Shown: positions 49,110-57,080 of the stretch, piece by piece
Layout of the letters: each line of letters starts with the position of its first letter
How positions within the stretch are numbered: position 1 is the stretch's first letter
Virus record (IMG/VR): IMGVR_UViG_3300020349_000003
Source of the DNA: a virus
Lineage: Duplodnaviria; Caudoviricetes
Direction: 5' to 3' (one strand)
DNA length: 64,000 nt
Program-made: the position numbers and the translations under genes
Notes under the pieces: generated by a model
Told to the model about the DNA's origin: nothing
What the model saw: the letters and a program-made list of their open reading frames with translations, nothing else
The model's database searches: none

Positions 49110-49261
49110 AGTAAAATAGCACCGATAATAAGTCCTTTAGTAAAAGCGAGGCAAAGCATTTGATAGTTGGATAGTTTAAACTTACCTTGTATCTTATATG
49201 CAAGGTTCTTATCCCACTCTTTGACAGTATGAAATGTTCGTTTTAAGTTAAGATTCCACAT
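49106..49261 (-). CDS. Small membrane-anchored hypothetical protein, 51 aa
   Basis: Read by eye: MWNLNLKRTFHTVKEWDKNLAYKIQGKFKLSNYQMLCLAFTKGLIIGAILL. Confidence 0.7.
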   Translation of the reverse strand: MWNLNLKRTFHTVKEWDKNLAYKIQGKFKLSNYQMLCLAFTKGLIIGAILL

Positions 49262-49412
49262 TATTTTTTTTCTTCTCCTTTATATCATACTCGATAGTAA
49301 TCTTTTTAGATGTTCTACCAGTACTATCATATGTAGTAGATCTTGATACAGTTCCACCAAGTAGTACTGTTAATCCTTCAATCTCTGATACTAAGTCAGT
49401 TGTGTTAGTCAT
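49248..49412 (-). CDS. Small hypothetical protein, 54 aa
   Basis: Read by eye: MTNTTDLVSEIEGLTVLLGG...SKKITIEYD. Confidence 0.65.
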   Translation of the reverse strand: MTNTTDLVSEIEGLTVLLGGTVSRSTTYDSTGRTSKKITIEYDIKEKKKNNVES

Positions 49413-50134
49413 GATTTATCAAAATTAATGTTGAATGCCAAACTTACCCTATCTTCTTTTGTTTCATTGGTTGTTACACCATGATCTAAGTAAGCAGGGA
49501 ATAACACCATTTTACCCACTTCTGCTAACATACTTTGCTTAAACGCATAATGAGCATAAACAAATGATGTTACTGAAGAAGGTGCAGGTGAACTAAAGTA
49601 TATATTTCCTTCTGGTTGAGTACCCCAAGGAGTATTGTAAGTTGATATCTCTTCACTAGATGGTGCTTGAAAATAATATACTCCAGACACATCACTATTA
49701 CCATGATTATGTAAATGAGCATAATCTCTATATCCAAATTTAGACCACCAAGACTGTGCGATTGTATAGTTCACATCCTCTATTTTAGTCTTACTACTCC
49801 TCCCAACATCTTGGGGAAATTTTATCCCAGTCATGTAATTACAAAGATGAAAATGAATTACATCCTCAAAGAGTTTTAAGTTATCTTCAACTATAACATT
49901 ACCACCAAAAGAAGTATCGGATAATTGATGTGTCATCCCAAATTCTTCTTTATAGGTAAATGTATTTTTCCTATAAGATCTACCAAGTTCTGCCTGAATT
50001 TCATTAAGATTCTCTTTAACCCTAGTTGCATATATCGGTGTCGAAAACGCATGAAACAATGTTCCACTAGGGAAATGTGCTACCGTTGAGGCTAGTAAAT
50101 TATCTGTTTGATATCCTGGATTCTCACTCATCAT
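49409..50134 (-). CDS. Putative 2OG-Fe(II) oxygenase (TIGR02466-like)
   Basis: HLHNH...VSGVYY...LFPAYLDHGV...RVSLAFN. Confidence 0.85.
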   Translation of the reverse strand: MMSENPGYQTDNLLASTVAHFPSGTLFHAFSTPIYATRVKENLNEIQAELGRSYRKNTFTYKEEFGMTHQLSDTSFGGNVIVEDNLKLFEDVIHFHLCNYMTGIKFPQDVGRSSKTKIEDVNYTIAQSWWSKFGYRDYAHLHNHGNSDVSGVYYFQAPSSEEISTYNTPWGTQPEGNIYFSSPAPSSVTSFVYAHYAFKQSMLAEVGKMVLFPAYLDHGVTTNETKEDRVSLAFNINFDKS

Positions 50135-50315
50135 CTTCAATGCATAATTTATCCTTGATACTATCAACAAGAATAAGATTATCTATCTGCATCAACATAT
50201 CAGCAATATGTTTACTGATATATGATTCTTCATTACGAGCAGAATACGCAAGTGCATTTTTTAGTTGACTCTGTGCATCTCTAAGAGACTCTTCAACTTG
50301 CTGTGTCAGTGCCAT
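50124..50315 (-). CDS. Conserved phage hypothetical protein
   Basis: MALTQQVEESLRDAQSQLKNALAYSARNE. Confidence 0.7.
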   Translation of the reverse strand: MALTQQVEESLRDAQSQLKNALAYSARNEESYISKHIADMLMQIDNLILVDSIKDKLCIEDDE

Positions 50316-50454
50316 GATGTTTTTTTCGGAGTTTGATGATACGTTTGTTTTCCTTTTTAAATTGTTTTGCATAAAAAACATCCTTTTTGGAATACCAATC
50401 AGGATGTTCTTTTGCTAATTTTATTAATTTCTTTGCTGCTTCGATGTTATTCAT
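50293..50454 (-). CDS. Small basic hypothetical protein, 53 aa
   Basis: Read by eye: MNNIEAAKKLIKLAKEHPDWYSKKDVFYAK... Confidence 0.65.
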   Translation of the reverse strand: MNNIEAAKKLIKLAKEHPDWYSKKDVFYAKQFKKENKRIIKLRKKHHGTDTAS

Positions 50455-50677
50455 CTAATTGTATTGGGCTTTTCTTATCTCTTAAGTAAGTATTTATTAC
50501 TTCTATCTGGTCATGATACCTAGAGATCTTGTCTATTTCTACTTGAATTGCATCTGTTATATCTGAATGTTCACCTATACCAGCAGGATTACTAAGATAT
50601 ACCTCAACATTTGCTCTGTGTCTTTCAATCTCACCTCTAGCATGGGCAGATATTGCTTTTAATAATTGATCTCTCAT
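50447..50677 (-). CDS. Conserved phage hypothetical protein
   Basis: HARGEIERHRANVEVYLSNPAGIGEHSDI. Confidence 0.8.
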   Translation of the reverse strand: MRDQLLKAISAHARGEIERHRANVEVYLSNPAGIGEHSDITDAIQVEIDKISRYHDQIEVINTYLRDKKSPIQLDE

Positions 50678-50746
50678 GGTAACATTTGGTACTGGTGTAT
50701 ATAGGCAGAGGGCGTTCCTTCTAATCGGAAATCTTTTGTACTCCCT

Positions 50747-51379
50747 CTAGTTGTTTATTGCTCTTCCTATTGTAGCAGAATTAAAATCTATGTCAAGGGT
50801 TATATTAAATGAAATAGATATTCTTTCTTCATCTGTAGTATTAAATTCCACATTATGATCAAGACATGCTGGAAAAATAACACACTGTCCTATTTTAGGT
50901 TCAAATACAAATTGATCCCATAACAAATTTTTACTTTTAAACTCCTCAGTATAACAAACGCTCTCTTGAAATCTGGAATAGTTGTTAGCATCGTCAAATA
51001 CTAAAGAACCTACATCTGGACCAGATCCCTTAACCCAAAATACTCCAGACAAATCAGCATTAGGATGATTGTGTTTCATATTATAATTATTCTTACCGTT
51101 TATATTAATCCACATTGCAGCACATTCCATTTGAGCTCCTTTCTCAAATATATCATTTTCAGACCATTTATTCAATCCTTTCAAAAGAGTTCTGCTTAAT
51201 ATATTATCAAACCTAGAATAATGGTCTTGAGATTGCCATCCTCCTCTATTAGATTTTTGTTTTCCTTCTGGATCTATCCTACGTTCACCATAACAATACT
51301 CTTCTATAGCACCTGCATCAAAATCAGGAATCATAAATTCATGTAGTACCATTGGGAAGAGTATTATACTATTAGTCAT
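50747..51379 (-). CDS. Putative 2OG-Fe(II) oxygenase (TIGR02466-like)
   Basis: SNRGGWQS, WININ...HNHPNADLSGVFW...IFPACLDHNV...RISISFN. Confidence 0.88.
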   Translation of the reverse strand: MTNSIILFPMVLHEFMIPDFDAGAIEEYCYGERRIDPEGKQKSNRGGWQSQDHYSRFDNILSRTLLKGLNKWSENDIFEKGAQMECAAMWININGKNNYNMKHNHPNADLSGVFWVKGSGPDVGSLVFDDANNYSRFQESVCYTEEFKSKNLLWDQFVFEPKIGQCVIFPACLDHNVEFNTTDEERISISFNITLDIDFNSATIGRAINN

Positions 51380-51500
51380 TATAGAGTTTCTTCACAAATA
51401 ATTTTGTACGTTTCTTTAATTGTCGTAAGCGAGCAGACGCTAGACGGGATTTGATGTTGCGTCCTCGCTTTCTAGGAGTTTCATGGCTTTTAAGACGCAT
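51372..51500 (-). CDS. Small very basic protein, 42 aa
   Basis: Read by eye: MRLKSHETPRKRGRNIKSRLASARLRQLKKRTKLFVKKLYND. Confidence 0.55.
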   Translation of the reverse strand: MRLKSHETPRKRGRNIKSRLASARLRQLKKRTKLFVKKLYND

Positions 51501-51534
51501 TGGTCTGCTCAGTTACTAGATGATTATAAGATAT

Positions 51535-51753
51535 TTAGTTAGGATTGTCAACAAAATCCTGTCTAAATTCATCGACCTGTTTTAATACTTCGTCATCAAC
51601 TGGAGGACCAGACTGAATGACTGGAGATATTAAAGCAACTGCACCCTCTGGAGATTTGACTCTCCAAACAGTACGATTCCTTTCAGTCATAGTCAAAAGA
51701 AATTTGAGGTTTTTACATGCCTCTTCTTCTGTTACATCTTGAATGTCAGTCAT
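51535..51753 (-). CDS. Hypothetical protein, possibly Phd/YefM-like
   Basis: VTEEEACKNLKFLL...VWRVKSPEGAVALISP pattern. Confidence 0.55.
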   Translation of the reverse strand: MTDIQDVTEEEACKNLKFLLTMTERNRTVWRVKSPEGAVALISPVIQSGPPVDDEVLKQVDEFRQDFVDNPN

Positions 51754-51907
51754 TAGTAAATTCCACGTTTAATTTTGCATCAGATAAAGCACCAACCATT
51801 GTCCATGCAGTTTCACCTGATACCAGGTTTTCATCACAAAAATACTGAATAGTATCCTCAAGTATTTCCTTGAGTTCTATTAGTTGTTGTTGTCGTAGTT
51901 CATCCAT
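51746..51907 (-). CDS. Small hypothetical protein, 53 aa
   Basis: Read by eye: MDELRQQQLIELKEILEDTIQYFCDENLVSGETAW... Confidence 0.7.
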   Translation of the reverse strand: MDELRQQQLIELKEILEDTIQYFCDENLVSGETAWTMVGALSDAKLNVEFTND

Positions 51908-51930
51908 AATAATATTATACCACAGGTACT

Positions 51931-54900
51931 TTAATTTAGGAAGATAGAAGTACCAGTCTGTGAAATGGCACCATCAGCATTTATACCAATGTTACCCTTT
52001 GCTTTAATGGTTGCTGGTCCAGTCTTAGACTCCATACGAATGAGTCCATCATGTGCCATTACATTATAAGCACCTTCCATTACATTTAAATTAAATCCAG
52101 TTGAACCGCACTGCATAGAAACTGGTCCTGAAGGATTAGCGACTGTAAATCTAGGTACTGCATCAGTTGTAGACCCACCAGGCATAAGAGCAAGATCTAC
52201 AGAACCATGACATATGGTACTGATACCTGACTTAGTTGCAGAAGGGTTCTTATTAATATTAATCTTTTGATACAATGCAGTGGTAACCATTTCAATTGAG
52301 TTATCTGCACTAATAATACATTCTACACCAGAATACTTTTGTAGTTTTGATGCATTTTCAAATTCTTTACCTGTAATAGATGTCTTAGTTGCAGCCATTC
52401 TTAAGTTTGCTGCTTGCATTTCAAATGCAGCACCAGCAACATTCATATCAACATCAGATCCAAAACTAATAATATGTTTTTGAATCTCAGTACTTTTAGG
52501 TACACCATGCTTACTAACAGATTTTGGAGCACCTTGAGCACTGAAGAAAAATCCTCCACCAACTTCAATATGACAATCACCTGTTACTTTTAATCTATAA
52601 TCACCTTGAACCGTTCTACAGTAATCATTATCAACAACCTTTGCATCATCCCCATGTACCTCTTCAGTCTTAGTACCAGCCCAACTAATATGATCGGCAA
52701 GTAAATTACCTTCATCTCCATTAGCAGCACTACTAGGATGATATCTAACTGGAAATGCATCAAGAGATGTTTTTATAACTGTTCCTGTAGGATCCTTTAA
52801 TGTCCATGCAATACCAGCAGGATTTCTTTCCCATCCAGAACCAGCATTTTCAGTATATACATTGGTTATAGAACCCTTAATAGTATGCGTACCAGCTTGC
52901 ACATTCTCCACAGTAAATGTAGATGTTACGGCATGTGATTGGAACATTGATGTCTGACCCAAAGTTACTCCATCCCATGAAATACTACCTTGATTATCTG
53001 CCTGTACTTCAAAAGTATATGTTCCTTGAACAGTAACAACTACTTCCCATGTACCAGTATGAGTTCCTAGTAGTGCCGAAGTATTAGATGGATAAACACC
53101 ATAAGTTTTTAAGAAGTCACTCCATAAACCTTGTACACCATCTGGTAAATTGTCAGCAGATCTAACCCAAGGGGTCTGTGAAGATGTTGTTCTAGTTGAA
53201 GCTGCAACTGCTTCTGCTGCTGCAATACTAACCTCATCCTCTGATAGATCTGGAAACTCTTCTTTAATCTTTCTCTTAGCCATCCACTCTTGGTGCATAG
53301 CATTATTCAAACTTACTGAAGTGTGTGTAGTACCATTCTCTCTCTTTATAATAGTTGCTTGACGACCAGGCGTACCAACATATAATTCAAACAAACCATT
53401 AACTTGTGTCTTAGCAGTAGTTAAATAAGGATCTGCTTCAGAGAATACAGAATCAAATAGTCCACCAGCAATGGTAGTAGATTCTCCACATTTACCTCTA
53501 GTTTCACCTCTAAGTACTGCTATAGAAGCAAATTCTTCAGGAGTACAATGAGTTACACCAAATAAAGGGAACCAACCAACATCATCTTCACCACCTTTAG
53601 GTGGTCTAACACAACCAGACTCAGAAAATTCAACAAATAATTTTATCAACCCAGTCAATGTATTAACATCTTTAGTGAATAGGTCAGTTTTATCAGAGAA
53701 TATCTTATTACCAGCCTTCCAAGTATCTAATACTTCCTTTGCATCTTGATAATTAGCAACTACTGATTCAGTTTCTGACACTACAGTAGTAAGAGTATTC
53801 AATAATTTTTCAACATTACAAATTACAATGCTAATAACACCCTCAACACCCTGAGTAACAAAAGTTGGTTTATCAATCAAACTAGATAAGTATGAATCTA
53901 AATTAGTTGTTACAGTAGTTAATGGTGTGTTAATAAAATCTGTTAGGTTATTATCAATAGCACATAGACTAGATAATATCTTACTTACTTCTGCCTGTAC
54001 AGTAGTTTGCACTACATAAGGTGCTCCAGTTGACTTATTCAATAGAACAGATAACTCCAAATCATCTATAAGATTAGAAGTCGATGTACGCATAGCACTA
54101 ACAACTTGAGTGAATACAGTACCTAAGAAATTTTGTATTTTTGCAGTAAGTTCTGCATTTGTTACAAGAGTTCCAGTAATAACATTTAAGTATTGGTCAC
54201 CAGATTTAACTAAAAGTCCAGCTTGGTCTGCTAAGTCTTCTAGCAAATAAGATAAAGTATAATCTAAACTCTTCCAAGGTCCACCAACACCATTAGCAGC
54301 AGGTATTGGTTTAATTGGTTGTCTTGGTTTTTGAGGATTGCCCGAACTACCATTAATTCCAGGAGTCATACCTACATTAAGAGGTGATCCCTTACCCCCA
54401 ATCTCTGTAGTTGTAGTTGCTGCAACTGTTGATACACTATTATTTTGTAATCCTGGTCTTCTAAAATTATCCGACCCAATACCATTAGGATCTCCTGGTC
54501 TATTTGAAGCAGGGTTTATAGTACCTGTGCTACTTGCTTTCATATCTTCACCAGTGAAAGCAAATTCTTTTATCTGTCTTGATGCTGCTGCTTTATTAAT
54601 ACGCATAACACCAATTACAATTGGCATCTGTGCATCATCACCATCCATAAAGAATCCCATAACAACTGCACCAGGTTGCAATTGTCCCGAAGATTCACCT
54701 TGACCATCATTACCAGCTTGAGATGTATGTTGTAATACTGTTGCCCAAGGAAGATGGTCTGTCTTTAGATCTGCTGTAGTACCACCACGAACATTAGTGT
54801 AATATCCAAGCACACGAACTCTAACCCTACCCAACTCCATAGGGTCTTCATTATCTTCTACTTCACCAACCCACCAGAAAAATCCGTCCTTCCCTACAAA

Positions 54901-54945
54901 GTTAATATTATTCTCATTAATTATACCATCTATTGTCTGGTTCAT
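51931..54945 (-). CDS. gp5: Baseplate hub / central spike gp5
   Basis: FFWWVGEVEDNEDPMELGRVRVRVLGYY...LPWA...VMGFFMDG OB-fold; C-terminal V.GD beta-helix repeats. Confidence 0.92.
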   Translation of the reverse strand: MNQTIDGIINENNINFVGKDGFFWWVGEVEDNEDPMELGRVRVRVLGYYTNVRGGTTADLKTDHLPWATVLQHTSQAGNDGQGESSGQLQPGAVVMGFFMDGDDAQMPIVIGVMRINKAAASRQIKEFAFTGEDMKASSTGTINPASNRPGDPNGIGSDNFRRPGLQNNSVSTVAATTTTEIGGKGSPLNVGMTPGINGSSGNPQKPRQPIKPIPAANGVGGPWKSLDYTLSYLLEDLADQAGLLVKSGDQYLNVITGTLVTNAELTAKIQNFLGTVFTQVVSAMRTSTSNLIDDLELSVLLNKSTGAPYVVQTTVQAEVSKILSSLCAIDNNLTDFINTPLTTVTTNLDSYLSSLIDKPTFVTQGVEGVISIVICNVEKLLNTLTTVVSETESVVANYQDAKEVLDTWKAGNKIFSDKTDLFTKDVNTLTGLIKLFVEFSESGCVRPPKGGEDDVGWFPLFGVTHCTPEEFASIAVLRGETRGKCGESTTIAGGLFDSVFSEADPYLTTAKTQVNGLFELYVGTPGRQATIIKRENGTTHTSVSLNNAMHQEWMAKRKIKEEFPDLSEDEVSIAAAEAVAASTRTTSSQTPWVRSADNLPDGVQGLWSDFLKTYGVYPSNTSALLGTHTGTWEVVVTVQGTYTFEVQADNQGSISWDGVTLGQTSMFQSHAVTSTFTVENVQAGTHTIKGSITNVYTENAGSGWERNPAGIAWTLKDPTGTVIKTSLDAFPVRYHPSSAANGDEGNLLADHISWAGTKTEEVHGDDAKVVDNDYCRTVQGDYRLKVTGDCHIEVGGGFFFSAQGAPKSVSKHGVPKSTEIQKHIISFGSDVDMNVAGAAFEMQAANLRMAATKTSITGKEFENASKLQKYSGVECIISADNSIEMVTTALYQKININKNPSATKSGISTICHGSVDLALMPGGSTTDAVPRFTVANPSGPVSMQCGSTGFNLNVMEGAYNVMAHDGLIRMESKTGPATIKAKGNIGINADGAISQTGTSIFLN

Positions 54946-54971
54946 TTTTATTAGGGTCTTATCATGTATAT

Positions 54972-55430
54972 TTATTGAACTCTCAGGTACTTATAAATTT
55001 CATCTGCACCCCAGACAATTCTACCTTTAGAATCTAAAAATCTATCTCTCATAAAAAGTTTAGTACCATACACACCAAGTTCAGCATGTCCAGTTATAAC
55101 TTCCCCAGTTTCATCCATACTAGTATCAAACTTACCTAACCATGCTTGCCCATCATACTTTAATACCATATCACAATCTTCATTGCGAGCCAAACCACTA
55201 TAGGTTCCACCCCAATGCTCTAAAATAACTTCTTTATCCGATACTTCTACTAATTTCTTGTAAGTTTTTAAATACGGTTCATGGGGTGTTCTCCTACCCC
55301 AATGAATCGAATTTATAAACTCATCATTTTGCTCCCATCTAACAGATACGGATTTGTATAAAGTAGGAGCTGATTGTGCTTGATGCTTATTAGACCAAGT
55401 TCCAAGTAACCATGATAAAAAGTTTGTCAT
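54972..55430 (-). CDS. cpeT: T-type phycobiliprotein lyase
   Basis: GTWSNKHQAQSAP...PYLK...CDM...RDRFLD..GRIVWG. Confidence 0.85.
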   Translation of the reverse strand: MTNFLSWLLGTWSNKHQAQSAPTLYKSVSVRWEQNDEFINSIHWGRRTPHEPYLKTYKKLVEVSDKEVILEHWGGTYSGLARNEDCDMVLKYDGQAWLGKFDTSMDETGEVITGHAELGVYGTKLFMRDRFLDSKGRIVWGADEIYKYLRVQ

Positions 55431-55657
55431 TAATCGTCATATACTAGGCACTCTGGCTCGTCAGGATGCATTTCACAGAATAGTTCAATAGTGTTAGGAT
55501 CATGATGGTCTCCAGCATTGATCTCTTCAATATGATGCTCACGATAAACTTCTAACTCGTGTAGCTCTTCTGCAACATGCCTACGAGATGCAGGACTAGT
55601 TGTTGGATTGTCAAGGATATCCCTATCTTTTTGAATGTGTTGTTCGATAGTTGTCAT
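55430..55657 (-). CDS. cp12: Calvin-cycle inhibitor CP12
   Basis: C-terminal ELFCEMHPDEPECLVYDD. Confidence 0.93.
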   Translation of the reverse strand: MTTIEQHIQKDRDILDNPTTSPASRRHVAEELHELEVYREHHIEEINAGDHHDPNTIELFCEMHPDEPECLVYDD

Positions 55658-55698
55658 AATTTTTTGTCTCCGTTACTAATAGGTAACAATACTATTTA

Positions 55699-57078
55699 TT
55701 ATCCTAGTATACTATCTCGACCTAGCAACAGTTCTGTCTTCATTTTAAGACCATCTCCTGTATGATGACGTACACCCATAATAACATATCTACCACTATA
55801 CTTCCTATCATTCTGCACTGTCGTACCAGATCTGAACGTTCCTGGTAATTTAATCTGTACACCATGTCCAGCATAAAGGTCTAAGTTACCTGGAATAGTA
55901 ATCATCAATTTAATATTTTTGAGTGTCTCTCTACGCAAATATTCATATGCTTGAAGTTCAACAATCTCTTCATAGTTTTTCTGAGGGTTATTCTTATATT
56001 TTGGATCAAATAATTGATTAGGTATCATCGTATATCTAACTCTCTTTGGTTGGTCAAGAACTTTTTGTATTTCTTTATCCATCAAAGAAATTGGATTAAC
56101 GTAGTTTGTACCACCAACATGGGACATCTTTTTCCATACCTTCTTAAGAGCATAATTATACTCTTTCTCCTTCATATCAGTACTAACACCAAGTCTTGAT
56201 TGATTGATAGAAACTGGGTCAAACCCAATACTATATCCAGCCCACGCACCATGTCTCAATCCCATAAGATAACTCCTCTCTTCTGGGAAAATAACACTAT
56301 CAATTTTATACTGGTCATCACCAGTTTCAATCTTAGTACCTTTAGGTGAATATGTGTAAGTATAGAGTGCTGGTTTACCCTTTATAGCATCTGTCTTGTC
56401 TTCCTTTTGTTCATTAACATCATCAATCATCTTATCAATTGATTTAAAATGAAATCCTAAAGCAGATTCCCAGAAATTAAATCCATTCTGTAATACTCCA
56501 CCCTTCTTAGATTTGCGTACAGATCTCTCAGCAACCCAATAAACAACATCAATAGGTCTCCAGTTAGGGATAACCAATCTCTGCTTATTAATAGTCTGCT
56601 CTAAGAAAAGACGTTTCTTACTTCCTAAGTACTTTTTATCTCTCAATAATTTCCTAATAATCTGTGATGCCTCTATAGAACCAGCAAATATCTTTTCAGT
56701 ATGACCAAAGACATTCTTAATTTCATTCTTAATAAACTCATCAGAAACACAATTGACTATAAAGACATCTGCTGTTTGTGCTGTTCTAACTCTATCCTCA
56801 ATATGAGCACACCTCAACCAATAATCTCTATTACCAGTATAATGAAATACAGTCAATTTAAATACTTCAGATCCAGTCAATGCTCCCATTAAACCTGATG
56901 AATCTTCAATTATAATACGTGCTTCAATAGTAGAAGACTCGACAGCTTCTATAATTTCAAAACCCTTAACATATTCAGCAAGTTCATACTTACCTTCAGA
57001 GTTCTCCATCCTCTTACCATTACGCCAGAGGCTGATTTTAAAATCTATTTCTGCTGTGTTAGCTCTTTTACTACTCAT
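55699..57078 (-). CDS. Baseplate hub protein (gp27/gpD-like)
   Basis: ITIPGNLDLYAG..VQI...YSGRYVIMGVRH C-terminal motif; position in the hub module. Confidence 0.65.
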   Translation of the reverse strand: MSSKRANTAEIDFKISLWRNGKRMENSEGKYELAEYVKGFEIIEAVESSTIEARIIIEDSSGLMGALTGSEVFKLTVFHYTGNRDYWLRCAHIEDRVRTAQTADVFIVNCVSDEFIKNEIKNVFGHTEKIFAGSIEASQIIRKLLRDKKYLGSKKRLFLEQTINKQRLVIPNWRPIDVVYWVAERSVRKSKKGGVLQNGFNFWESALGFHFKSIDKMIDDVNEQKEDKTDAIKGKPALYTYTYSPKGTKIETGDDQYKIDSVIFPEERSYLMGLRHGAWAGYSIGFDPVSINQSRLGVSTDMKEKEYNYALKKVWKKMSHVGGTNYVNPISLMDKEIQKVLDQPKRVRYTMIPNQLFDPKYKNNPQKNYEEIVELQAYEYLRRETLKNIKLMITIPGNLDLYAGHGVQIKLPGTFRSGTTVQNDRKYSGRYVIMGVRHHTGDGLKMKTELLLGRDSILG

Positions 57079-57080
57079 AA

